From: Octopus sinensis
Lineage: Eukaryota
DNA: 64,000 bases
NCBI RefSeq assembly: GCF_006345805.1
Contig: NC_043015.1
Coordinates: 43,028,001-43,092,000 of the forward strand
Direction: 5' to 3'
Both the position numbers and the translations under genes were made by a program. The first letter of the stretch is position 1. Every line of letters begins with the position of its first letter. Positions 52,005-64,000 of this stretch are shown in pieces. The notes beneath the pieces were generated by a model. That model saw nothing but the letters and a program-made list of their open reading frames with translations. It made no database searches and was not told the DNA's origin.

Positions 52005-52677
52005 TTGAAGGCTCATTCCTTCGAAATCTCTGAAATTCACTCAGGTCCCTGTATGCAAAGTTGTGGCAGAATTTCTCTGAAATGTTTTTCTTCTGAGTAT
52101 GCACTGTTGATATTGGGGTGTGTTGAATATGTTCATGGTTCTAAAATGCCATAAAATACAGTCTGTGTGTGTGTGTGTGTGTGTGTTTTTGCATCAAGGC
52201 TTTGTTTAAATGTAAACATCAAGAAATTAAGACGAAATATAATGAGAGACAATGCAATGCTTGTGTCGATAACTAGAACACGAAAAAAAAATCTGATTTC
52301 AAGCAGAGAGAGAGAGAGAAAGAGAGAGTGAGGGAAAGAGAGAGCGAGAGAAGGAGGGAGTGAGCGTGCGAGAGAGATGGGTGCTGTCTGCACTCATCCG
52401 TTGCATCAGAGGAGATAACAAGTACAATAAATAAATAAATAAATAATTCCAGAAGCAAGGAATCACAAATTAACAAAGAACAATATACAAAACACCTCCC
52501 CTCTCCTCCGTCTTTATCTCTCTCTCCTCCCCACCTCTGCAAGGCACAAAAAAAACAACAACAACAACAACAATAAAAAAAAAGCCCATTTAAAAATATA
52601 AATAGCAGTTGAATACCAAAGTACTTGAAATAGCGCCAGTATGTCATAGAAACCACACACAGAGGAAAACGGGAATT

Positions 52678-52714
<37 letters not shown>

Positions 52715-53082
52715 CATACATATATCATCATCATCATCATCATTTAGCGTCCGCTTAAATGATGATGATGATATATATATATATATATATGTATGTATAT
52801 ATATATGTGTATGTATATATATATATATATGTGTGTGTATAAATATATACCATGTCATATACGCACATACATGTATGCACACTCCTTAACTATGGTTCTG
52901 GCAGCAGTTTTGGAAGCGGCATTGTGTTCACTTTTATATCCTGCATCTTTTTGGTGAGATGTTATCAAGACAGGACCTCACGTTTCTGAAGCAAATTCGT
53001 TAACTATTCAGCCATGGTGTGATGGTGTGTCATCTTCGAAACATTCTCTTTCACTCTGTCTCACAAACAAAAGCATATGCAC

Positions 53083-53113
<31 letters not shown>

Positions 53114-53708
53114 CATACATATATCTTTATCATCATCATGGCTTAATGTCTGCCTTCCACGCTGGCGCATGAGTGGGACAAATATATATAGCCACAGATG
53201 TAACTGTGTGGTAAGAAGCTTGCTTCCCAAATACATGGTTCCTGGTTCAGTCCCACTGCGTGGAACCTTGGGCAAGTGTCTTCCACTATAGTCTCAGGCT
53301 GACCAAAGCCTTGTGAGTGGATTTGGTAGATGGAAACTGAAAGAAGCCTTCTCACTTTCTTTTCCTTGTCCTCTCATTTTTCCTTTCTTTTTCTCTTTCT
53401 CCATTCCTCTCTTCCTGTTTTTGATTTGACCCTACTAATACACTCCCTATTTTTAGGTCACTTTAATAACAACCCTGGATTTACTAACACTGCGTATAAA
53501 CTCTATACATGGAATAACCAATTCGAAATTCTATTTGATTTTATTCATAAGGTATTGGAATATTATATATATATACCATTCTGCCGAAAAAAATGGATCT
53601 ACAAATGCAATATCCCTACATATCTCACATCTATTTTCATTTATTTCCTCCACCTCACTCACTATTATCTTATCTAAATTTACTATTTCTTAATCATCCT
53701 CTCACACT

Positions 53709-53756
53709 GTCTCCGATGAAGGGATATAATAAATATCCTGGAAACAGATGTAAGAC
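53709..53756 (+). ncRNA. Minimal hammerhead-like motif (CCGATGA core)
   Basis: GTCT CCGATGA A GGGATAT-AATAA-ATATCCT G GAAAC AGAT GTA AGAC. It lies in a ~460-bp insert that splits a CORE SINE. Confidence 0.6.
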
Positions 53757-54292
53757 CTATCTATAAATGTTCTAAAATTTACACAGCCTTGTTTTTTTTT
53801 CTCTCATTACGAAATACAATATATATATATATATATATATTTATGTCCATGAGTGTCTTTGTGTCCGTGTTTGTACCCACTATCACTGCTTGACAACTGG
53901 TGCAGATGTTTTTACATCCTCATAACTTAGCAGTTCGGCAAAAAACAAAACTGATAGAATAAGTACTACGCATAAAAAACAAAGTCCTGGATTCGATCTG
54001 TTCGACTAAAAATCCTTCTAGGCAGTGCTCCAGCATGGCCGCAGTCAAATGACTGAAACAAGTATAAGGATAAGAAATAAAATATATATATATACAAGAT
54101 ATGCGTGCTGGTGGCACGTAAAAACATCCACTACACTCTTGGGGTGGTTGGCATTAGGAAGGGCATCCAGCTGTAGAATCTCTGCCAGATTAGATTGCAG
54201 CCTGGTGCAGCCATCTGGTTCGCCAGTCCTCAATCAAATCGTCCAACCTATGCTAGCATGGAAAGTGGATGTTATACGATGATGATGATGAT

Positions 54293-54495
54293 GAAGGCAG
54301 TACTGAAAAGTTCCTGGCTTTAAGGATATCATGAAAAACCTGGTTGAAGGCCCCACCTTCCAAGTTCTTGTAAAAACTAAAGGGCTGCCTGCAACAAATG
54401 TGTGAATCTGAGATGGGAATTTGTCGAAAAGTCATAATTAACCGATCCTCCTGTATTTTCTTCTACCTTAAGCCAAGAACCTTTTCAGCAGCCAC
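54293..54495 (+). mobile_element. mariner-derived internally deleted element
   Basis: TIRs ctgaaaagttcctggctttaagg and ccttaagccaagaaccttttcag. Internal NKCVNLRWEFVEKS* resembles a mariner transposase C-terminus. Confidence 0.65.
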
Positions 54496-54834
54496 CCCAC
54501 AGGCTTCTGCATAGTTTCTACTGACGAAATCCACTCATAAGTCTTTTTGCTGGCCCAAGGTTTATTCATATAGCACACTAGGTGCCCATGCAGTGGGTCT
54601 GAACCCAAAACCATGATGTTAGGAAGCATCCATCTAACAAAATAGCCACACTTCTGCTTAAACATGTTTTATATAACAAATGCATTTCTCTCTCTCTCCC
54701 TCTCCCTCTATATATATATGTTATATATATATACATATATATATATATTTATGTGTGTATGTATGTATATATATATATTTATGTGTGTATGTATGTATAT
54801 ATATATGTGTGTGTGTATGTGTATATATAATATA

Positions 54835-54865
<31 letters not shown>

Positions 54866-54884
54866 GTGTGTGTGTGTATATATA

Positions 54885-54917
<33 letters not shown>

Positions 54918-55010
54918 GTGTATATCTATCTATCTATCTATGTATCTATCTATCTATCTATGTATCTATCTATCTATATATATCTATCTATCTATATATC
55001 TATCTATCTA

Positions 55011-55047
<37 letters not shown>

Positions 55048-55992
55048 ATATCTATTTATCTATCTATCTATCTATATCTATATCCATCTATCATATACAT
55101 ATATTATCTCTCTCTCTCTCTCTCTCTATATATATCTATATATATATCTATATATATATATATATATATATATATCATGTTCTATAAAATGTGACAGTTT
55201 ATTTTCAATTCACATTCTTTAGAAGAGTATTCTTAATTACAAAAAAAAAATTTTGACATTTTTCCTGATTTCCCTTGCTATTTAGACTCTTTGATCAAAC
55301 GCTGCCTGTCACCATGACAAAAAATGTCAAACGTTAGGATTGGAATATCACAAATAAAAGAATCTTCGTTCCACCTACCACATCCCATTTTTCATATTTA
55401 CATTAGTTTTAGCTTTATTTAAGTTTTATTTAGATTTCGAAAAAAAAACAAAAAAACAACGAATAACGAATAACGAATAACGAAAATATATTTTTAACAA
55501 ATCACAAAAAAGAATAAATTTGAACAAACGAATTCTTTCATAGAAATCATCCATTATGTTATGTCTAACTTGTTAGAGTTCCTGCTGGTGGTTGTTACGC
55601 AGGTATAAATAAACAGAAAAATAAAACACAAAATCCATTGTATTTCATAGAACGAATTGGTTTAAATCATCATCTTTTAATGTCTGCTTCTCTATGCTAG
55701 CATGGGTTGGACAGAATTTGTCGAAGGAGATTTTTTTTCTGAAGCCGGATATCCTTTCTATTGCCAAACTTCACCTTTTTCCAAGTAAGGTAATATTTTT
55801 TTTTCTCATAGCCAGACATGTTTACAGAGAAGACTGGAAATAAACAACTCCGCTTGTATGACAGTGATGCTTGTTTACAACCACCAAGATGTTTAGACAA
55901 GGGTAAAGTAAAGTAGTTCGGTAAAGAGCCCCCTTCAGTCATCAATAACCATGGGATTGCACCAAGAAAATTCCCCCCTGAGGCACAAGTCT

Positions 55993-56220
55993 CGTTTGTC
56001 CTCTCTGTGTTTAGCCCCTTGTAGGTAGTAAAGAAATAGGTATTTCGTCTGCCATTATGTTCTGAGTTCAAATTCCGCCGAGGTCAACTTTGCCTTTCAT
56101 CCTTTCGGGGTTGATAAATTAAGTACTAGTTATGCACTGGGTTCGAGGTAACTGACTCAATCCCTTTGTCTGTCCTTGTTTGTCCCCTCTATGCTTAGCC
56201 CTTTATGGGCAATAAAGAGA
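55993..56220 (+). mobile_element. Multimeric tRNA SINE fragment
   Basis: Tail|body junction aaagaaata|ggtatttcgtctgcc. Confidence 0.75.
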
Positions 56221-56925
56221 TAAAATGCCATGCACTGTAACTAAAGCCAAAACCAAATGGTTGCAGAGCAAGCATCTTAGCCACACATTCATTCAGTCAT
56301 GTTAGATTTGAACCGGAAACCTATTGGATTACAAGCCGAGTGCTTTACCCACTTGTTGCTTTCACCATCTGCTTTCTTTCCCAATAGGACGGCACGCTGT
56401 CCCTCCCCCCACATTACAACCATCGAAATGGTTTCGAGTACAAACAACAAGACAATTGCAGGATCATTCAACACTGCAATGCAGAGGCTGAAAATTGAAT
56501 AATTTAATAACGAGCCATCGCGCATCTTTACGCAGTGATGCGGAGATTAAAATGCAAATGAAAGTCAAGTCTTGTTTGAGACAGTGCAAGCAAACTTGCG
56601 CTTGTTTCTATCTTTGCTCTCTCGACCAGAAAACACCCATCAATCACACAGGCTGTACTACATTATTACAAGGGTCTCTTTCAGCTGGAAGACCTGTCAT
56701 TCTGATTAACCCTCAGCTCGCTATAGAAAAACAGTCTGAATACTTATAACTGTCCACTACAGCTGTTGTCAATGATATTCCTCATCCAGTCAAGTAGTTT
56801 TGTTTCTTTTTCTTGTTTTTTTTTTTGGTTTGTTTTTGTTTTCGATGTGTACTGAATGAGTTGGAACATATCAAGACAAGACAAAGACAATATTATCATT
56901 TATATTTCAGTATAAAGTTATTACT

Positions 56926-57303
56926 ATTACTACCTCTGCCTTAGCAAAGGCGGGGGGGGGGTATTGTTTTCAGTCATGTTTGTTTGTTGGTTTGACCGTG
57001 GACAAGATATCTCAAGAACCGCTGGATGGATTCAGATGAAACTTTCAGGGATGTTTGGCCTCGTGACTGGTATAAAGTGATCAGATTTGGGGATCGATCC
57101 GATACCGGACAAGGATTCTAGATTATTTTTCCAGATTTTTACTTAATTTTTAGGAGCGGTCAGGTTCATTTTTACTATTCTCATTTGTGAGATCAGTCAA
57201 GTTTATTTCAGATATTCTCATTTTAAAAACCATCTCTAGCTAATTGTTGAAAGGATGTTGGTGTTGCCTTGGCAGAGGTTTGTGCTCTCTGAGTACTCTT
57301 GTT
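56926..57303 (+). mobile_element. Helentron-associated non-autonomous element (HINE/DINE-like)
   Basis: 5' acctctgcc..ggcgggg hairpin, (GTTT)n, 3' subterminal ggcagaggt and terminal stem-loop gtgctctctgagtac. Confidence 0.6.
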
Positions 57304-57809
57304 GTTGTTGTTGTTATTATTACAGCTGTTGTTACTGTTGTTCTTTGTTTCTCTCTCTCGCTCTCTCTCTGGCCTGGTTTTAATTATTGCCGTTGTTAAT
57401 AATAAACAAGCGTAGGTGTGGTGGTATGGCGAAGAAGCTTGCTTCCTAACCATCTGATATTGAGTTCAGTGCCATGGTATACCATTTCAAGCAAGTGTCT
57501 TTGACTATAACCCCAGGCTGACCAAAGCCCTGAGAGTGGATTTGGTAGACGGTACCTATGTGGAATCGCATTGTGTGTATGTGTGTGTACATGCATATAC
57601 CTTTCGCTTGTTTGTAATTTGACTGCGGCCATGCTGGGGCACTGCTTCTAAGAGTTTTATTTAGTCAACCAAATCGATCCCAGGACTTATTTTTTTAAAC
57701 CTAATACTTATTCTACCGGTCTCCAGGGTTGGTGTATTTACGGGGACATAAACACACCAACACTAATTGTCAAGAAATGGTGGGAGACAAATACACATAT
57801 ACACACACA

Positions 57810-57842
<33 letters not shown>

Positions 57843-58177
57843 CATACACACGATGGGCTTCTTTCAGTTTCTATCTACCAAATACACTCACAAGGCTTTG
57901 GTCGGCCCGAGGCACAGTGAGATGGAACCCAGAACCATTTGGTTGGGAAGCAAGCTTCTTACGACATAGCCATGCCTACATACATAATAGAAGTTATGTG
58001 TACAAACAAATATATATGACTGCTGTTGTTATGTATAAAGCTCCAAGTAGATTATCCTAATCCAGTCTACTTTCTGTACGGTTATTAATTAACTACTGAG
58101 TAGCACTACCAATTACGAGTGACAGAGCAAAAGCAGGAAGAATAAAGTAGAGTTTATTCTTATTTTTGTTGTGTGCA

Positions 58178-58215
<38 letters not shown>

Positions 58216-58237
58216 CACATACATACATACATACATA

Positions 58238-58612
58238 GGCGCAGGAGTGGCTGTGTGGTAAGTAGCTTGCTAACCAACCACATGGTTCCGGGTTCAGTCC
58301 CACTGCGTGGAATCTTGGGCAAGTGTCTTCTGCTATAGCCCCGGGCCGACCAATGCCTTGTGAGTGGATTTGGTAGACGGAAACTGAAAGAAGCCCATCG
58401 TATATATGTATATATGTATGTGTATGTGTGTGTGTGTTTGTGTGTCTGTGTTTGTCCCCCAATGCTTGACAACCAATGCTGGTGTGTTTACGTCCCCGTC
58501 ACTTAGCAGTTCGGCAAAAGAGACCGATAGAATAAGTACTGGGCTTACAAAGATTAAGTCCCGGGGTTGATATGCTTGACTAAAGGCGGTGCTCCAGCAT
58601 GGCCGCAGTCAA
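58238..58612 (+). mobile_element. CORE-type tRNA SINE
   Basis: Near-consensus copy, 3' truncated at a hairpin. Confidence 0.85.
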
Positions 58613-59194
58613 TACCACAAAGAATATGTTCTCAAGAAAATGTTTTCTTGAGAACACATTCTTCGTGGTAATGGTGATTTGACATCTATGTTTAGCATAC
58701 AGGGTGTCCACTTTAGTGGTCATTCCTCTAAATTTTGTATGTATCACAATTTTTAATCTTTGAATTTTTTAAAATATCATCACACTAGCAAGGTCATTTG
58801 TTTCCATATTTCCATGGAAAAGCATGCCCGGGGCATGGGGAAATATTACCTCCCTTGGATAGAGGCGAGGGTTGGCAGCAGGAACAGCAACCGGCCGTAG
58901 AAAATCCACCTCAGTAAATACCGTCCAACCCATGCAAACATGGAAAATGCGGACGGTAAAAACGATGATGGTGATATTCCCAAGTGAACTCCATAACCAT
59001 GCAACCAGGCTTAGCTGAACTGAAGCTATGCAAGATAAGATGTCTAGCAAAATGCAGTGTTTTTCTCGTATTCATTTCTTCCTCATGTACTGTTGCTGTT
59101 GGATGGTGGATGGTGTCGCTGCTTCTGATAATGCAACGCATGATATTTGAAGCAACGAGATATTCAATGAGATAATGACACTGATTGCAATTGT

Positions 59195-59207
59195 TATATA
59201 TATATAT

Positions 59208-59238
<31 letters not shown>

Positions 59239-59369
59239 CATATACACACACATACATATATATATATATACACACATACATATATATATATACACACATA
59301 CATATATATATATATATATACACACATACATATATATATATATATATACACATACATATATATATATAT

Positions 59370-59432
<63 letters not shown>

Positions 59433-59517
59433 CACACACATACATATATATATATATACACACACATACATATATATATATATATACACACACATACATA
59501 TATATATATATACACAC

Positions 59518-59562
<45 letters not shown>

Positions 59563-59614
59563 TACATATATATATATATACACACACACCTACATATATA
59601 TATATATATATAAC

Positions 59615-59645
<31 letters not shown>

Positions 59646-59752
59646 CACACAACATACATATATATATATATATACACACACCATACATATATATATATAT
59701 ATACACACACACATACATATATATATATAATATATATATATATATACACACA

Positions 59753-59784
<32 letters not shown>

Positions 59785-59980
59785 ACACCACACATACATA
59801 TATATATATATATATACACACATACATATATAATATATATATATATACACACACACATCATATATATATATATATACACACACATACATATATATATAAT
59901 ATATATATATTATATATACACACACACATATATATATATACACACACACATAAATATACACACATCCACACACAGATATA
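59195..59980. repeat. Compound (TA)n(CA)n microsatellite
   Basis: Direct inspection. Similar tracts at 11940-12510, 24400-25075, 34920-35375, 46230-46690 and 54710-55175. Confidence 0.9.
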
Positions 59981-60373
59981 AAAAGTGCAATATTAATTAG
60001 GTTTCTTTCCCTTTATGACACAAGAAGTTAATTACACAGAAAGAAAGATGCTTGCCATTGATAATTATTTTAATAACTTCAAAAGTACACACACACACAC
60101 ATGTACATACAAATGTGTGTCCATGTGTGGGTGTATACATGTGTGTGTGTATGTATGTATACATATGAGTGTGTATGTCTGTGCATATGTGTTTATTCGA
60201 GTCTGTATACATGTGTGTGTGTGTGTGTGTATGTATGTATCTATGTGTGTGTATCCATCCATATTCTAAGCTGGCACGAGGGAAATAAATAGAGTAATAA
60301 CAAGAGGTGAGGTCTTGTACTTCAAAAGTACAGGTAAATGTCCTATTCTATAGAACCAAGTGACGTGCGTGCG

Positions 60374-60405
<32 letters not shown>

Positions 60406-61300
60406 GCAACATCTGTGTATACAGACAAACAAATGTACATACGTATGTATACACACACAAATCTACATGTGTGTACACAAACACATATGCATACACAGAT
60501 ATACATGCACATACAAACATACATACACAAAACCCATATACAAGCATACACAGCACCACCTACGTACATGTATAGATATATAAAATAAAAATATATATAC
60601 ATATGCATACAATCAAAATAAAATTATACGCACACAAGCAAACATAAATGCAAACATACAGAACTACACACACACACACACACACACACTCAAATTAAAC
60701 ACATAGGACAGGCGTATATACACGTGCATGTACTGCAACACACATGCACACACAAAATGATGTGCGTCCACATACATGCACACATGAACACAAACATATA
60801 CAATCACACATACACACACACACACAAAATGATGTGCATATAAACATCCACATACATGCACACACACACAAAATGATATCATATAAACATACACATATAT
60901 GCACACATTAACACAAACATACAACCACAAACACACACATACACACACAAAATGATGTACATATAAACATCCGCACACATGCACACATGAACACACACAA
61001 ACATATACAACCACACACACACACACACACACACATACACACACACACACACACACATACACAAAATGATGTACATATAAACATCCGCACACATGAACAC
61101 ACACAAACATATACAACCACACACACACACACACACATACACACACACACACACACACAAAATGATGTACATATAAACACCCACATATATGCACACATAA
61201 ACACAAAGATACAAACACACATACACACACAAAATGATGTACACCTATACATCCACATACATGCATACATGAACACAAAAATATGCAATCACACACACAG

Positions 61301-61331
<31 letters not shown>

Positions 61332-61912
61332 TGACAGACATGTACACATCGTTAAGCAATTATATTCCGATGGGTACGAAGAGTCGAATAATAAGATAAG
61401 TAGGTTAGTTTGCGAAAAGAAGATTATTTCAAAAAGAATGGTTTTCCGTTGCTTATCAGATTCTTCAATATTTTAAAGTGTATGCACACGTACGCACGAA
61501 TGCATTTATGCATGTGTGTGCGTGCTCATGCATATACATATATATAGTAGATGCACATGTGCAGCACGTGTGCACAAATGTTCACTTGATGCTCTGTGTG
61601 TTAATCCCAGCTAATAAACAACGGAGATTAACTATTTTGTGACTGCGTTTCTAACGAGCTACGCTGTGTATGCACTTCAATTAATTTAATTATGCAAATT
61701 AACCAGAGCAGCGATGGGAAAGCGGGGGCGGATATAAACAGCTTATTATCACGAAACGAGATGAAGGTGACAAACTGGTGGAACTACAAGAATGCCAGAA
61801 AGAAATGCTCAGCAGCATTTTGTCTGTCTTTAGCGCCGAGTTCAAATTCCACCAAGGTTGACTTTGCCTATCATCCTATCAGGGTGGGAAAGATTTTCTA
61901 ACTAGAAAGGGT

Positions 61913-62406
61913 ATGGCCTGGTTAGCCTGTAATGACATGCATAAGATCCGGTCATCAAATCTAGGTAGAGACTTCAAACTTGAAATCTTCAAAGCCACAG
62001 TCGAACCAATTTTACTATATGGCTCAGAAACCTGGACGTTATCAAAGAAGCTTGAGAGGCGGTTAGATGGAACCTACACTCGCCTCCTTATGAGAGCTCA
62101 AAATCTCTCGTGGAAGCGTCATCCAACCAAAATGCAAATATATGGGAAACTACCACCTGTGTCATCTCTTGTGAAAGGTAGGAGAGTCCAGTTTGCTGGA
62201 CAATGTTGTAGAGCTGAAAATGAGGCAATTTCTACTCTTCTCCTGTGGAACCCATCTACTCGCAATACCAGAGGGCGCACACACTCCTATCTCCAAGGAT
62301 ACAGGCATCCAGCAACAGGACCTCCATAATGCTATGATGGACCGTGAAGTCTGGCGTAACATAGTAAATTCCACTGTCTCGACCACGGTCGAACAATGAT
62401 GATGAT
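61913..62406 (+). mobile_element. RTE-type LINE 3' fragment
   Basis: FKLEIFKATVEPILLYGSETWTLSKKLERRLDGTYTRLLMRAQNLSW.. followed by a (GAT)n tail. Confidence 0.9.
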
Positions 62407-63274
62407 CAGGGTGGGAAAAAAACAAGTACCAGATAAACACTGGGGGGTCAATGAAAGCAAATTGAGCCCCGCCACCTTCGTCCGAATGTCCAGGCCTTGT
62501 GCCAAAATTTGAAACCATTATGAAGCTTCTGTTTGGAACATAGCTGAAATCATCATTATTTAACATCTGTTTTCCATGCTGGCATGGGTTAGACAAAAGT
62601 TGCCAACAAACAGCCATGGGAGTTGAACCCACATCCCCCAAAACACCGGCTGAGTGCTTTGCCGTCCCTTTCATGCTTTTAAGGTCAATGAAATAAGTAC
62701 CCTTGGTCTATGCTATATATTTGTCCTGTCATGTTTATCACATGTGATAGCCCACCTTTTATATTCCTAGTTCAAATCTGGTTGAGGTCAATTTGAGCTT
62801 TCGTCATTTTTGGATCAATGAAATAATTTATTTCAGTTGTTTACATTCTGAGTTCAAATCCAGGCTGAGGTGAGCTTAAGTTTTCATTGTTCTTAGGTCA
62901 ATAAAATAACTTATTTCTGCTGTTTACATTCTGAGTTCAAATCCGGCTGAGGTCAGCTTGACCTACTTCCTAGTTAATTTATCGCTTTTGATTCTAACCT
63001 GCTCAAAACTGTCTCTGGTTCTGATACAAACTTCCTGTTTTAAAATTATCTTAATTAAAACCTTCAATCAAAATCTCATGTTAATATGTTCCAAACACCA
63101 GGTTAATCATGCAATATTTATTTGTTTTACTACATTATTCATTCTTGTCAAAATTAATTGAAACAAAGCCAGTGTCTTTGAACAGAAATCTGGTAATGAA
63201 AGACTTCATCAACTGCCTCTGGTATCTCCCAGCCTCCTTGAAGCAAGAGGATGGCCGAAGAAAGAGATTAGCTC

Positions 63275-63670
63275 TCTTTACTCTTTACTTGTTTCAGTCA
63301 TTTGACTGTGGCTATGCTGGAGCACCGCTGTTTTAGTCGAACAAATCGACCCCAGTACTTATTCTTTGTAAGCCTAGTACTTATTTTGTCGGTCTCTTTT
63401 GCCGAACTGCTAAGTTACAGGGACGTAAACACACCAGCGTCGGTTGTCAAGCGATATTGGAGGGACAAACACAGGGACAAAAACACACATATACATAAAT
63501 ACATATATATATATGATGGGCTTCTTTCAGTTTCCGTCTACCAAATCCAATCACAAGGCTTCAGTCAGCCCGAGGCTATAGTAGAAGACACTTGCCCATG
63601 GTGCCACGCAGTGGAACTGAACCCGGAACCGTGTGGTTGGTAAGCAAGCTACTTACCACACAGCCACGCC
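63275..63670 (-). mobile_element. CORE-type tRNA SINE
   Basis: Family match. Confidence 0.8.
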
Positions 63671-64000
63671 GGCACATCTACTTATTATTATTATTATTCA
63701 TTTATTTTCATGTACATGCCTGGGAGTTGATGAGGGGCCGGCCAAGGATTCCAAGAAGGGCTCGATGGTTTAAAAAGTTTGGGGAGCCCCCTTGGTTTAG
63801 ACACTGGGATAGTATCAGACTGGTTAATCCAGAAACGGTAAAAACCTCAACACACAACCGGTACTAATACACTACAAGATAAATATAAGTGGAAGCAAGA
63901 AGCAAGCAAATCAGACAACTTCCAGCTTCATGGTGGTGGTTCTCACATTCACATTCTGATTATCAGGAACGCAGCACCACATGCCATTTATATAAATAAA

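Noticed and set aside
58911-59981. Long ORFs (up to 324 aa) rich in Y/I/C/V/H/T, also at about 12 kb, 24 kb, 35 kb, 46 kb and 54.7 kb
   Set aside because: Translations of (TA)n/(CA)n microsatellites, which lack stop codons.

Overview
This is an AT-rich, microsatellite-dense animal genomic window, most likely an Octopus intron. That assignment is inferred from the SINE repertoire, not confirmed. The only host coding sequence I can support is one 156-nt exon (25277-25432, minus strand) of a DIPP/NUDT3-4-type Nudix hydrolase. The rest is mostly tRNA-derived SINEs, 3' fragments of RTE, BovB-like, CR1 and L1-Tx1 LINEs, piggyBac/hAT/mariner/Helentron-type non-autonomous elements, and mini- or microsatellites. 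The most striking signal is a set of about 10 minimal type-I hammerhead-ribozyme (HHR) motifs from several families, of the Penelope/retrozyme type. Several sit in inverted or tandem arrangements and several have non-canonical cores (CCGAnGA, CUGUAGA). One family is joined to a tRNA-derived Pol III head at two independent loci (about 20966-21512 and 34007-34185), suggesting a tRNA-headed, hammerhead-carrying SINE-like element. A second SINE forms head-(body)n multimers with a recurrent junction and shares its 3' tail with an L1-Tx1 LINE in the same window. Element boundaries were read by eye and are approximate.
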